Positions 33,842 through 46,024 of a stretch of 64,000 bases of DNA are shown piece by piece (positions within the stretch are counted from its first letter, which is position 1; each line of letters opens with the position of its first letter). The position numbers and the translations under genes were made by a program. This DNA comes from Acidimicrobiaceae bacterium. Its GTDB lineage: Bacteria > Actinomycetota > Acidimicrobiia > Acidimicrobiales > RAAP-2. The stretch is from the NCBI GenBank assembly GCA_027339205.1, contig DAHWOV010000114.1, positions 750-64,749 on the forward strand, read 5' to 3'. The notes below the pieces were generated by a model. The model did not search any database. It was not told the DNA's origin and was given only the letters and a program-made list of their open reading frames with translations.

Positions 33842-35059
33842 GTGGCGCGCCGCCGCGCCAACCGCCCGCCACCAGACGGCGAGACGTCTTCTCGCGCGCG
33901 CAGCCGTCTGCCGTGGCGGCGCGGCGCCGCGGAGGGCAGAGGGCGCCGCTCGAAGGAGGACGCGGCGTACGAGCACTCGGACGCCGCAGAGCAGGAGCGG
34001 GTGATCGTCGAAGCTCTCGCAGACCTGCGCGACAGGGACGTGCGGGAGGTGATGACGCCGCGCACCGACGTGGTCGCGCTGACCATCCCGGTCTCCGCCG
34101 AGGATGTGGCGAACGCGGTACGAGAGTCGGGCCACAGCGCCTACCCCGTCGTGAACGGCGGGCTCGACGACGTGGTCGGCGTGCTCTACGTCAACGATCT
34201 GTTCCGTACCCGCCGCTGGCGCGGGGGCTTGTTCGGGCCGACCGGCGACCGCGCGCAAGAAGAGCTGCCCCTCGTCCCCGCGGGCCTGCCCTCGCCCGCA
34301 GCGACGGGTGCGTCCACCGACCATGCGGCGCCGCAGCGCCCCTCGGCGCCGCAGCCCCCCTCGGCGCCGCAGCGCCCTTCTCCTGCGAAGACCGCCGAGG
34401 GGCGTGAGCCCGCCGGCCTCTCGTCGATCGAGATCTCCCGACGGGTACGCCAGGCCTACGTCATCCCGGAGTCACGGCCCATCCTCGCCGCGCTCGTCGA
34501 GATGCGGCGACACCGGCGCGGGTTCGCGGTCGTCGTCGACGAGTACGGCGGCGTCTCGGGGGTGCTCACGGTCAAAGATCTCCTCGAGCCGATCGTCGGC
34601 GAGCTTCACGACGAGCTCGACGTCGACGAGGGACCGTCCATCGTCCGCATCGACAGCAACCGGTGGCTCGTCGACGGCCAGACCAACGTGGACGAGGTCC
34701 GCGAGCGACTCGACATCGACGTGCCGGAGGGCGAGTACGTGACGCTCGGTGGCTTCATCCTCGACGCGCTCGGGCACATCCCCCAGGAAGGGGAGACCGT
34801 ACGGGTGGACGGCTGGGAGCTCACGGTGCACGAGATGGACAAGCGCCGCATCGCGGGAGTGCTCGTTCGGCGCTCGGGCGACTCGGCCGCTGCCCCTGTC
34901 CGCGTCGCCCCGGAGCCGCAGGGGGCTGCACCTGCGAGCACAACGGCCCCGGACGACGAGCGGACCGGGAGCGGAACGCTGCAGGGAAGCGGGCAGGAGG
35001 AAGAACGCTCGTCCGGCACGAGCGCTGGACCCGGCAAAGGGCGCGGGGGGCCGGGATAG
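33842..35059 (+). CDS. CBS-pair + CorC/HlyC domain protein (CorC-like, no membrane domain)
   Basis: VREVMTPRTDVVAL..AYPVV..VVGVLYVNDL is CBS1. A ~70-aa low-complexity insert follows, then CBS2 (GFAVVVDEYGGVSGVLTVKDLLEPIVGEL) and the CorC_HlyC domain (WLVDGQTNVDEV..EGEYVTLGGFILDALGHIPQEGETV). The start is uncertain. Confidence 0.75.
   Translation: MARRRANRPPPDGETSSRARSRLPWRRGAAEGRGRRSKEDAAYEHSDAAEQERVIVEALADLRDRDVREVMTPRTDVVALTIPVSAEDVANAVRESGHSAYPVVNGGLDDVVGVLYVNDLFRTRRWRGGLFGPTGDRAQEELPLVPAGLPSPAATGASTDHAAPQRPSAPQPPSAPQRPSPAKTAEGREPAGLSSIEISRRVRQAYVIPESRPILAALVEMRRHRRGFAVVVDEYGGVSGVLTVKDLLEPIVGELHDELDVDEGPSIVRIDSNRWLVDGQTNVDEVRERLDIDVPEGEYVTLGGFILDALGHIPQEGETVRVDGWELTVHEMDKRRIAGVLVRRSGDSAAAPVRVAPEPQGAAPASTTAPDDERTGSGTLQGSGQEEERSSGTSAGPGKGRGGPG
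34328..34381. repeat. 18-bp x3 tandem repeat encoding APQ(R/P)PS inside the CorC-like insert
   Basis: GCGCCGCAGCGCCCCTCG / GCGCCGCAGCCCCCCTCG / GCGCCGCAGCGCCCTTCT. Confidence 0.75.
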
Positions 35060-35095
35060 TAGTCTGTTCGCCTGCCGGGCATCGTCCCCCGGCGA

Positions 35096-35173
35096 CGGGC
35101 TGTGGCGCAGTTTGGTTAGCGCGCTGCGTTCGGGACGCAGAGGTCCCCGGTTCAAATCCGGGCAGCCCGACCA
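35096..35173 (+). tRNA. tRNA-Pro (anticodon CGG), CCA encoded
   Basis: CGGGCTGTGGCGCAGTTTGGTTAGCGCGCTGCGTTCGGGACGCAGAGGTCCCCGGTTCAAATCCGGGCAGCCCGACCA. It has acceptor CGGGCTG/CAGCCCG, D arm GCGC/GCGC, anticodon stem CTGCG/CGCAG with loop TT-CGG-GA, and T arm CCCGG-TTCAAAT-CCGGG. Confidence 0.9.
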
Positions 35174-35290
35174 CATTCTTTCTTTCTGTTCAACGGCTCT
35201 ACCGGCCTTGCGACCGGTTCGCTTGCTCAGGGCCGTCGCGACCCTGTCGCGGGTGCTGCGGCGTCCGAACCCGCCCGCGAAGCTCGCTCC

Positions 35291-35500
35291 GAGGGTGCCG
35301 GCAGGCGGCTCGCCGCCTACCAGGAGCGCCACGCCCCCTACCGGGTCCTGACCGTCGCCGCCCACCTGGCAACCAAGCTGGCCGCCCTGCTGGACCGGCC
35401 CGACAGCCTCCCGGGCCGCAAGGACCGAGTCGAGATCCTCGCCCTGCTCTCCGACCCGGCGACGGCGTCGACCCCGCAGGTCGTGACGGACACCTCGGCC
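35291..35500 (+). pseudogene. Possible remnant of a nucleotidyltransferase (MNT/AbiEii-like) C-terminus
   Basis: One frame is open but has no start codon. It reads ..RLAAYQERHAPYRVLTVAAHLATKLAALLDRPDSLPGRKDRVEILALLSDP. This resembles the xxLxxxKLxAxxxRxxxKDxxDIxxL C-terminal helix pair of MNT-type nucleotidyltransferases. The fragment is short and directly follows tRNA-Pro. Confidence 0.2.
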
Positions 35501-35615
35501 CTCACCGGCGACGAGCGTCGCGCCTCAGCCTTCGCCGCGCAGGACGGCCCGGCTGCCGGCATTACCGGCACTCGTGCGCTGGTCCGCCCCGGCGCGCTGG
35601 TGCGACACTCGACTG

Positions 35616-38117
<2,502 letters not shown>

Positions 38118-38126
<9 letters not shown>

Positions 38127-38143
38127 CGAGAAGAGATGACGAG
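38118..38143. repeat. Perfect 13-bp x2 duplication at the ATPase/phosphoketolase junction
   Basis: AAGAGATGACGAG AAGAGATGACGAG. The first copy supplies the overlapping ATPase stop and the candidate xfp start (ATGA, 38123-38126). Confidence 0.8.
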
Positions 38144-40540
38144 AAGGGAGCCACGGGCACGATGAGCGCACTTCCGAGCAACGAGGGACCCCTGGCGCCG
38201 GACCAGCTGGCGGCGATGGACGCCTGGTGGCGGTGCGCCAACTACCTGGCGCTCGGCCAGACCTACCTGATGGAAAACCCGCTGCTCGAAGAGCCGCTCA
38301 CGCCCGAGATGATCAAGCCGACCCTCCTCGGGCACTGGGGCTCCGCGCCGGGGATGAACTTCATCTACGTCCACCTGAACCGGCTGATCACCACGTTCGA
38401 CCTGGACATGATCTACATCGCCGGGCCTGGCCACTGCGGCCACTCGATGATCGCCGGCGCCTATCTCGACGGCACCTACAGCGAGGTGTACCCGAGCGTC
38501 TCGCTCGACAAGGGGGGGCTGGCGCGCCTGTTCCGCCAGTTCTCCTTCCCTCGCGGAGTGCCGAGCCACGTGGCGCCCGAGACCCCCGGCTCCATCCACG
38601 AGGGTGGCGAGCTCGGCTACAGCCTGCTGCACGCGACGGGAGCGGTGTTCGACAACCCCGGGCTCGTCGTGGGCGCGATCGTCAGCGACGGGGAGTTCGA
38701 GACCGGCCCGCTGGCCGCCAGCTGGCACTCCAACAAGTTCCTCGACCCGACCAGAGACGGTGCAGTGCTGCCGATCCTCCACCTCGACGGGTACAAGATC
38801 GCGCTGCCCACCGTTCCGGCACGGCTCGAACCCGGGGAGCTCGACGAGCTGCTCCACGGCGCGGGCTGGGAGCCGGTGACCGTCGCGGGCGACGATCCGT
38901 TGGTCATGCACCAGCAGATGGCCGCCGCGCTCGACCACGCGGTGTCCGAGATCCGCTCGATCCAGGCACGCTGGCGCGCCGGCGAGGCGAAGGGGCGTCC
39001 GCGTTGGCCGATGGTGGTGCTGGCCTCCCCGGCAGGCTGGACCGCGCCCAAGACCGTCGACGGCCTCCCTGCCGAGGGGACCTGGCGCTGTCATCTCACC
39101 CCGCTCGAGCGGCCGCGGACCGACCCCGACCAGCTCGCCCAGCTCGAGACCTGGCTCCGCAGCTACCGCCCTGAGGAGCTCTTCGACGAGGCCGGCGCTC
39201 CCGTCCCCGAGATCCGGGCGCTCGCCCCCAGAGGCGCTGCCAGGATGAGCGCCAACCTGCACGCCAACGGCGGCACCCTCGCCCGAGAGCTCTTGCTCCC
39301 CGACATCGATCCCTACGGCGTCGCCGTCCCTTCACCGGGGAGCGTCGACGCCGAGGCCACCCGAGTCCTCTCGGCCTGGCTGCGCGACGTGCTCTCGGGC
39401 AACCCGGACCGGTTCCGGGTCTTCGGTCCCGACGAGACCTCCTCCAACCGCCTGAGCCACCTCTTCGAGGTCACCGACCACGAGTTCATGGGGGAGATCC
39501 GACCCACCGACGAGTCCCTCTCCCCGCACGGCCGGGTGATGGACGTGCTGAGCGAGCATCTCTGCCAGGGCTGGCTCGAGGGCTACCTGCTCACCGGGCG
39601 CCACGGCCTCCTCAACACCTACGAGGCGTTCGCCCACGTGATCGACTCGATGTTCAACCAGCACGCCAAGTGGATCTCCAAGTGCAAGGAGATCCCGTGG
39701 CGCCGACCCATCCCGTCACTCAATTACCTCCTCACCTCCCACGTGTGGCGCCAGGACCACAACGGCTTCACGCACCAGGACCCGGGGTTCTTGGACGTGA
39801 TGGTGAACAAGAAAGCCGAGGTCATCCGCATCTACCTCCCCCCCGACGCCAACTGCCTGCTCGCCGTGGCCGCGCACTGCCTGGCGTCGCGAGACCGCGT
39901 GAACGCGATCGTGGCCGACAAGCAGGCAGCACCGGTGTGGCTCGACATCGACGCCGCACAGCGGCACTGCTCGAGCGGCATCGGGATGTTCGAGTGGGCG
40001 AGCAACGACGACGGCGGGGAGCCGGACGTGGTCATGGCCTGCGCGGGCGACGTCCCCACGCTCGAGACCTTGGCGGCGGTGGACCTGTGCCGGCAGCGTT
40101 TCGGCGACCTCAAGATCCGCGTCGTCAACGTGGTCGACCTCATGGTCCTCGAGCCTCCCGGCGAGCACCCGCACGCGCTCAGCGACCAGGACTTCGACGA
40201 CCTGTTCACGAGGGACAAGCCGGTCGTCTTCGCCTTCCACGGCTACCCGTGGCTGATCCACCGGCTCACCTACCGGCGCACCAACCACGACAACATCCAC
40301 GTCCGCGGCTACAAGGAGGAGGGCAGCGTGACCACCCCGTTCGACATGGCCGTCGCCAACGACCTCGACCGCTTCCACCTTGTCGCCGACGTCGCCGAGC
40401 GCGTGCCGAAGCTCGCCCCGCACGCGGCGTCGACCAAGCAGTGGCGTCGCGACAAGCTCGCCGAGCACGAGCGCTACATCGTCGCCACCGGCGAGGACCT
40501 GCCCGAGGTGCGCAACTGGCGCTGGGGCGGGTCGAAGTGA
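38123..40540 (+). CDS. xfp: Xylulose-5-phosphate/fructose-6-phosphate phosphoketolase
   Basis: 805-aa ORF with [62 protein letters not shown] and the [14 protein letters not shown] signatures. The start may instead be the ATG at 38162. Confidence 0.95.
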
Positions 40541-40680
40541 CCGCCGAGGGCATCAACAGGGCGGCCCGCGCGGAGCACGCCTGAGGTCCGACCGGCAGGG
40601 GCTTCGCGTCATGGCATGCTCGCGGCCCGAGAGCCTGGACGACGAGCCGACTGCGTCCGCCGGCCGCGCTCGGAGGCCCG

Positions 40681-41688
40681 ATGATCGTGTTTGCGCTCGG
40701 CGTGGCAGGTGCGCTGGCCCTGGCCGCGCTACTCGGCGTCAGCGACGCCCCCAATGCCACGGCCGCGCTGCTCGCCGCGCGCACCGGGTCCTATCCCGCC
40801 GTGGCTGCGTGGTCCCTCGCCTGGCACGTCGCCGGCGGGCTCCTTGCCGGCGTGGCGGTGGCACGCACGGTCGCCGGGATCGTGCACGTCGGGTCAGAGG
40901 CGATCGTCCCGGTGATGGCAGCGGCCAGCCTCGCAGCTGTCGGCTTCACCTGGGCGACCACCCGCAGCGGCCTGCCGACCAGCGCGAGCGTGGGGCTCGT
41001 CGGAGGGCTCGCAGGTGCCGGGTTGGCAGCCGGCGGCGCAAGGGACGTGCAATGGGGCGGGCTCGCAGGGGTCCGGCCCATCGGCGTGCTCGGCGTGCTG
41101 ATCGGCATCCTCTTGGCGCCGCTGCTCGCAGCAGCCGCGGCGGGGATCGTGGACCAGCTCGCCCGCCGGATGGCCTTCCGCCTTCCGCGGTCGGCCAGGC
41201 GGCAGCTGCACGGGGGACTGTGGGTGGCCTCGGCGGCCGTCGCCGTCGCCGACGGGACGAACGACGGGCAGAAGGCGATGGGCGTCCTCGCCTTGGTCGT
41301 CTCCGGCTCGGGATCGCTCGCTGGCGCCGGTGGCGTCGCGCCGTGGGAGCGGGTGTCGTGCGCGCTCATCCTGGGTGCCTTCACCGTGATCGGAGGACGC
41401 AGGGTGGTCGCACGCGTCGCGCACGGCCTGGCGCGCGGAGGGGCGGTCGACGACCTCGCAGCGCAGCTCGCGTCGGCTGGCGTCATCCTGGCGGCCGCCG
41501 CTGTCGGGCTGCCGCTCTCCACCTCCACCGTGGTCACCTCGGGGATGGTCGGAGCAGGGGTGTCCGGGCGACGCCGGCACGTGCGCTGGGCCGGCGTAGC
41601 CCGCATCTTCGTGGTCTGGGCACTGACGGTGCCGGCATGCGCCGTCATCGGGGCCGGCGCGTTCGAGGTGCTCCGGAGGATCCCGTGA
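40681..41688 (+). CDS. PiT-family inorganic phosphate transporter (short, ~335 aa type)
   Basis: Polytopic ORF. The two halves each carry the PiT-like signature (GVSDAPNATAALLAA and VADGTNDGQKAMGVL). Confidence 0.85.
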   Translation: MIVFALGVAGALALAALLGVSDAPNATAALLAARTGSYPAVAAWSLAWHVAGGLLAGVAVARTVAGIVHVGSEAIVPVMAAASLAAVGFTWATTRSGLPTSASVGLVGGLAGAGLAAGGARDVQWGGLAGVRPIGVLGVLIGILLAPLLAAAAAGIVDQLARRMAFRLPRSARRQLHGGLWVASAAVAVADGTNDGQKAMGVLALVVSGSGSLAGAGGVAPWERVSCALILGAFTVIGGRRVVARVAHGLARGGAVDDLAAQLASAGVILAAAAVGLPLSTSTVVTSGMVGAGVSGRRRHVRWAGVARIFVVWALTVPACAVIGAGAFEVLRRIP

Positions 41689-42320
41689 GCGCGAAGCAGG
41701 GGCGGCACCACAGGTTCCGGCGGATCTTCCTGGAGGCGGCGCCCGACGTCGTCGGGCTGCTCGTGGCGCAGGGCGAGATCAGCACGGCGGCCACCGCCGC
41801 GTTCCTCGAGTGGTCCGAGGGGGGCGGGGACGGCGGTGCAACCCTCACGACACTCGAGCACCGGGCGGACGAGGCACGCCGGACGCTCCTGGCCGCGCTG
41901 CGCTCAGCGCTCGCAACCCCGATCGACCAGGAAGACCTCTACATCCTCTCGGAGCGATGCGACCGGGTCGTGAACGCGGTCCGGGACATCGCCGTCGAGG
42001 CCGAGGCGCTCGCGTGGAAGCCCGACCAGCATGCTGCGCTGATGGCCGGACATCTCCACGCCGGCATGATGGCGCTGGTGGACGGGTTCGCGAACCTCCG
42101 CCACGACTTCGACAAGGCGGGGGTCGCCGCCGATCGGGCGAGGGCACAGGCCCGGACGGTGGTGCGGCGGTACCGGGACGCCATCGCCGACGTCTACCTG
42201 TCGGAGGACCTCCAGGCGGCCGTGATCGGCCGCGAGCTCTACCGGCCGTACGCACGGGCGGCGGACCGCCTGGAGGCGGTCGCGGACCGCCTGTGGTACG
42301 TGGTGCTCGCCGACGTCTGA
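41685..42320 (+). CDS. DUF47/PhoU-like phosphate-transport regulator
   Basis: GTG at 41685 overlaps the pit stop (GTGA). The helical 211-aa protein has LEHRADEARRTLLAAL..PIDQEDLYILSERCDRVVNAV..LYRPYARAADRLEAVADRLWYVVL, typical of the YkaA/DUF47 partners of short PiT transporters. Confidence 0.8.
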   Translation: MSAKQGRHHRFRRIFLEAAPDVVGLLVAQGEISTAATAAFLEWSEGGGDGGATLTTLEHRADEARRTLLAALRSALATPIDQEDLYILSERCDRVVNAVRDIAVEAEALAWKPDQHAALMAGHLHAGMMALVDGFANLRHDFDKAGVAADRARAQARTVVRRYRDAIADVYLSEDLQAAVIGRELYRPYARAADRLEAVADRLWYVVLADV

Positions 42321-42449
42321 GCGGCGTGCTCGCCGGCTCCTGAGCGGCGTGCTCGCCGGCTTCCACCTTCGCCTTGGCCGCCCCACCTCCCGCGCGTTCG
42401 CGGGCTTTCGGCCCTGGCCGGACGACCGTGTCGGGATCCACACTGCGGT

Positions 42450-45365
42450 GTGGGGATCGGCACGGGCACCGGCACCGGGAGTGGCACGGGCACCGGCACC
42501 GGGATCGGCACGGGCACCGACGAGGAATGGCGCGCGACCGGGCGCACATCAGGCCCGGCGCGCTCCCTCACGTCTCTCGGCGCCGATGAGGCCCTCGCCG
42601 CCCTCGACAGCTCGCGCCGTGGGCTCACGCAAGACGCGGTCGCCGCGCGCCGGGCCACCTCGGGTCGCAACGTGCTGCCTCCGCCGCCGCGCCGGCCGGT
42701 GCTCGCAGAGATCGCGGCCCAGTTCACCAACATGTTCGCCGTCATCCTGGTGGTGGCAGCGGGGCTCACCTTCCTCACCTACCTGCTCTCCACCCCGCGC
42801 GACCCGGCCAACCTCGAGCTCACGTTCGGGATCCTGGCCGTCGTGGTGCTCAACGCGGCGATCGGCTTCGCCCAGGAGCACGCGGCGGAGCGAACGGCCG
42901 AGACGCTCCAGAGCATGCTGCCCCACACCGCCCGGGCGCTGCGCGCCGGACAGCTCACCGAGCTGGGGGTCGACGAGCTGGTCCCCGGCGACCTGGTGGT
43001 GCTCGAAGCCGGCGACGCCGTGCCGGCCGACGGCCGGGTCGTCGAAGCCCACGAGCTGGCCGTCGACATGGCCGCGCTCACCGGGGAGAGCCAGCCGGTC
43101 AGCCGGACCGACCAGCCGGTGGAGCCCGGCACGGCGCCGCTCGACGCCCGCAACTGCGTGTTCATGGGCACCTCGGTCGTGCGCGGCTCCGCCAAGGCCG
43201 CCGTCTTCGCCACCGGGACCGCCACCGAGATCGGCCGCGTCTACCGGCTGACCGCCGAGCAGCCCCCCGAGCCGAGCCCGCTCCAGCGCCAGGTCGCCGA
43301 CATGGCCCGGCGGGTGGCCGCGATCGCCATCGCCGTGGGCGCCCTCGTCTTCGCCCTGCGCATCCTCACCGGCAACGCCGCGGTCGACTCCTTCGTCTTC
43401 GCCCTGGCGGTGATGGTGGCACTCGTGCCCGAGGGGCTCCCTGCCACCCTCTCGGTCTCCCTCGCCGTCGGGGTGCGGCGCATGGCGGCGCGCCAGGCGC
43501 TCATCAAGCGGCTCGCCGCCGTGGAGGCACTCGGATCCACGACGGTGATCTGCACCGACAAGACCGGCACCCTCACCAAGGCGGAGATGACCACCCAGCA
43601 GGTCTACGCCTCGGGCCACGTCCACCGCGTGAGCGGGGTGGGCTACGAGCCGGTCGGTCGAGTGGAGGATCCCGAGCCGATCCTCGGGGTGCTCCGTGCC
43701 GGTGCGCTGTGCACCGACGCGCGCATCTTGCCGCCGTCGGGTCGGGAGGACTGGCGGGTGCTCGGCGACACCACCGAGGGAGCCATCGTGGTGGCGGCCA
43801 TGAAGGCGGGCCTCGACCTCGATGCCGAGTCCGCGCTGACGCCGCGCGTCGGCGTCTTCCCCTTCGACCCGGACCGCAAGCTCATGACCACGCTGCACCG
43901 GACCCCCGACGGGGTCGTGGCCCACGTGAAGGGGTCCCCGCAGGCCGTGCTCGAGCGCTCCGTCTCTGCCGAGTGGGACGGGCGGACCGTGCCGCTCGAC
44001 GACGGGCTGCGCCGGCAGATCGCCGCGGCCAACGACGCGATGGCCCACCAGGGGCTGCGGGTCCTCGCCGTCGCCGACAAGGCGCTGCGCGACGCGAAGG
44101 CGGCCCAGGACGACGCCGAGTCGGGTCTCAGCTTCCTCGGGCTGATCGGGATGGCCGACCCGCCGCGACCCGAGGTCAGCGCGGCGGTCGAGGCCTGCCA
44201 CCGTGCGGGGATCGCGATCATCATGGTCACCGGCGACTACGGGCTCACCGCCGAGACGGTGGCCCGCCGGGTGGGCATCATCGCTGCTGGGCCGGCCCGG
44301 GTGGTCACCGGGGCCGAGCTGGACGCGATGGACGACGACTCCCTGTCGTCGTTGCTCGGCGGGGGCGAGCAGCTGATCTTCGCCCGGGTGCGCCCCGAGC
44401 ACAAGATGCGCATCGTCTCGGCGCTCGAGAGCCGGGGCGAGGTCGTGGCCGTCACCGGCGACGGGGTCAACGACGCGCCCGCGCTGAAGAGGGCGAGCGT
44501 CGGCGTGGCCATGGGACGCAGCGGCACCGACGTGGCACGGGCGGCGGCGGTGATGGTCCTGCTAGACGACTCCTTCGCCTCGATCGCCGCGGCCGTCGAG
44601 CTCGGGCGGTCCGTCTACCAGAACATCCGCCACATGCTCGCCTACATCTTCAGCCACAACCTCGCAGAGCTGGCACCGATCCTCGTCGCCGTCTTCGTCG
44701 GCTTCCCCTTGGTGCCGATCAACGCGCTCCAGGTGCTCTCGATCGACCTCGGCTCCGACGTGCTCCCGGGCATGGCACTGGGCATCGAACGGCCCGAGCC
44801 CGGCACCATGGACCGTCCGCCACGCCCCACCACCGAGCACCTCTTCTCCTGGGAGGTGGTGCGCAGGTTCCTGTTCCTCGGGACGATCGAGTCGGCCGGC
44901 GTCGTCTTCGCCTTCTTCTGGCGGATCCATTCCGCCCACCTGCCCTACTCGGCGTTCACCTCGTCGAACCCCACCTACCGGGAGGCCCTCACCATGACCC
45001 AGGTCGGCATCATCATCAGCCAGTTCTTCAACATGTTCGCCGTGCGCAGCGACCGCCAGAGCGTCCTTCGGATCGGGCTGCTCTCGAACCGGCCCCTCCT
45101 CGGCGCGGCCGTCGTCGACGTGGTCATCGCGGTGGCCGTCAGCTACGTCCCGGCCCTCCAGGCGCTCTTCCACACCGCTCCCCTCCGGCTCTCGGACTGG
45201 CTGGTCCTGACCGGCTTCGGTGCGCTGCTCCTCCTCGCCGACGAGGCGCGCAAGGCGTCGCACCGCCGTACCGGGAGGCGCCGCTGCGTCTCCGGGCACT
45301 CCGGCGGGGGCCCGCCCACCGCCCCGAGCCGCTCCACCGCCCTCGCACACGACCTGGAGGCCTGA
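42450..45365 (+). CDS. P-type ATPase, P2 family, with Na,K/H,K-like M5/M6 residues
   Basis: LTGESQPV, ICTDKTGTLTKAEMT, MVTGDYGLTA, VTGDGVNDAPALKRASVGVAMG. M4 is VPEGLPATLSV, M5 is YIFSHNLAELAP and M6 is LSIDLGSDVLPGMALG. The N-terminus begins with a (GT)n repeat (GIGTGTGTGSGTGTGTGIGTGT). The stop overlaps the trkA start (TGATG). Confidence 0.85.
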   Translation: MGIGTGTGTGSGTGTGTGIGTGTDEEWRATGRTSGPARSLTSLGADEALAALDSSRRGLTQDAVAARRATSGRNVLPPPPRRPVLAEIAAQFTNMFAVILVVAAGLTFLTYLLSTPRDPANLELTFGILAVVVLNAAIGFAQEHAAERTAETLQSMLPHTARALRAGQLTELGVDELVPGDLVVLEAGDAVPADGRVVEAHELAVDMAALTGESQPVSRTDQPVEPGTAPLDARNCVFMGTSVVRGSAKAAVFATGTATEIGRVYRLTAEQPPEPSPLQRQVADMARRVAAIAIAVGALVFALRILTGNAAVDSFVFALAVMVALVPEGLPATLSVSLAVGVRRMAARQALIKRLAAVEALGSTTVICTDKTGTLTKAEMTTQQVYASGHVHRVSGVGYEPVGRVEDPEPILGVLRAGALCTDARILPPSGREDWRVLGDTTEGAIVVAAMKAGLDLDAESALTPRVGVFPFDPDRKLMTTLHRTPDGVVAHVKGSPQAVLERSVSAEWDGRTVPLDDGLRRQIAAANDAMAHQGLRVLAVADKALRDAKAAQDDAESGLSFLGLIGMADPPRPEVSAAVEACHRAGIAIIMVTGDYGLTAETVARRVGIIAAGPARVVTGAELDAMDDDSLSSLLGGGEQLIFARVRPEHKMRIVSALESRGEVVAVTGDGVNDAPALKRASVGVAMGRSGTDVARAAAVMVLLDDSFASIAAAVELGRSVYQNIRHMLAYIFSHNLAELAPILVAVFVGFPLVPINALQVLSIDLGSDVLPGMALGIERPEPGTMDRPPRPTTEHLFSWEVVRRFLFLGTIESAGVVFAFFWRIHSAHLPYSAFTSSNPTYREALTMTQVGIIISQFFNMFAVRSDRQSVLRIGLLSNRPLLGAAVVDVVIAVAVSYVPALQALFHTAPLRLSDWLVLTGFGALLLLADEARKASHRRTGRRRCVSGHSGGGPPTAPSRSTALAHDLEA

Positions 45366-46024
45366 TGCACCTGGTGATCATCGGCTGCGGCCGGACCGGC
45401 TCCACCCTCGCCGCCCGCTTCGACAGCGAGGGCGACAGCGTCTCGGTGGTCGACGACGATCCACAGTCGCGCCGCAGGCTCCCTGACGAGTTCGGGGGCG
45501 AGTTCATCGAGGGCGACGGGCTCGATCGCCAGGTCCTCGAGGCCGCGGGCATCGAGGACGCCGAGGCGCTGATCGCGGTCAGCTCCAGCGACGCCACGAA
45601 CGTCGTCGTCGCCCGTGCGGCGCGTGACCTCTTCCACGTCCCCCACGTCGTCGGGCGCATCGACGACCCCGCCCGTGCCCAATTTGGGGTCGACCTCGGG
45701 CTCACCATGATCGCCACGGTGCGCACCACGGTGGACCGGGTGCACCGGATGCTCCGCCACCCCCGCCTCGAGCCCGAGCGCACCTTCGGCAACGGCGAGA
45801 CGCTGCTCGTACGCGCACCGGTCCCCGACTACCTGGCCGGGAGGAAGGTGGCCGAGCTCGACGTGCCCGGAGAGATCCAGGCGGTCGAGGTCAGCAGGGG
45901 CGGGCACTCCACGATCCCCGCCGGCACCGCGACCCTCCAGACCGGCGACGTCGTGAGCTTCGTCGTGGCCGCCGCCTCGCTCGGGCGGCTCCGCTCGTTC
46001 CTCGGAGGGAGGTGGCCGCAATGA
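45365..46024 (+). CDS. trkA: TrkA-family RCK protein, first of pair 2
   Basis: MHLVIIGCGRTGSTLAARF (GxGxxG) and a TrkA-C segment (LLVRAPVPDYLAGRKVAELDVPGEIQAVEVSRGGHSTIPAGTATLQTGDVVSFVV). It lies within long track ORF 43709-46024. The ATG shares its A with the ATPase TGA. Confidence 0.85.
   Translation: MHLVIIGCGRTGSTLAARFDSEGDSVSVVDDDPQSRRRLPDEFGGEFIEGDGLDRQVLEAAGIEDAEALIAVSSSDATNVVVARAARDLFHVPHVVGRIDDPARAQFGVDLGLTMIATVRTTVDRVHRMLRHPRLEPERTFGNGETLLVRAPVPDYLAGRKVAELDVPGEIQAVEVSRGGHSTIPAGTATLQTGDVVSFVVAAASLGRLRSFLGGRWPQ

Noticed and set aside
35096-35615. A bona fide integrative element at tRNA-Pro.
   Set aside because: The window contains no integrase or recombinase, no recognisable direct repeat of the tRNA 3' end, and no clear GC or codon shift. 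Only a weak pseudogene-like fragment supports the idea, so I kept it as a low-interest hypothesis.
42450-42520. The (GT)n-encoding repeat as a non-coding regulatory microsatellite upstream of the P2 pump.
   Set aside because: The only in-frame ATG precedes it (42450), and the distance to the conserved GLTQ..GRN motif is normal for P2 pumps. It is therefore more simply an N-terminal low-complexity extension. The start still needs experimental confirmation.
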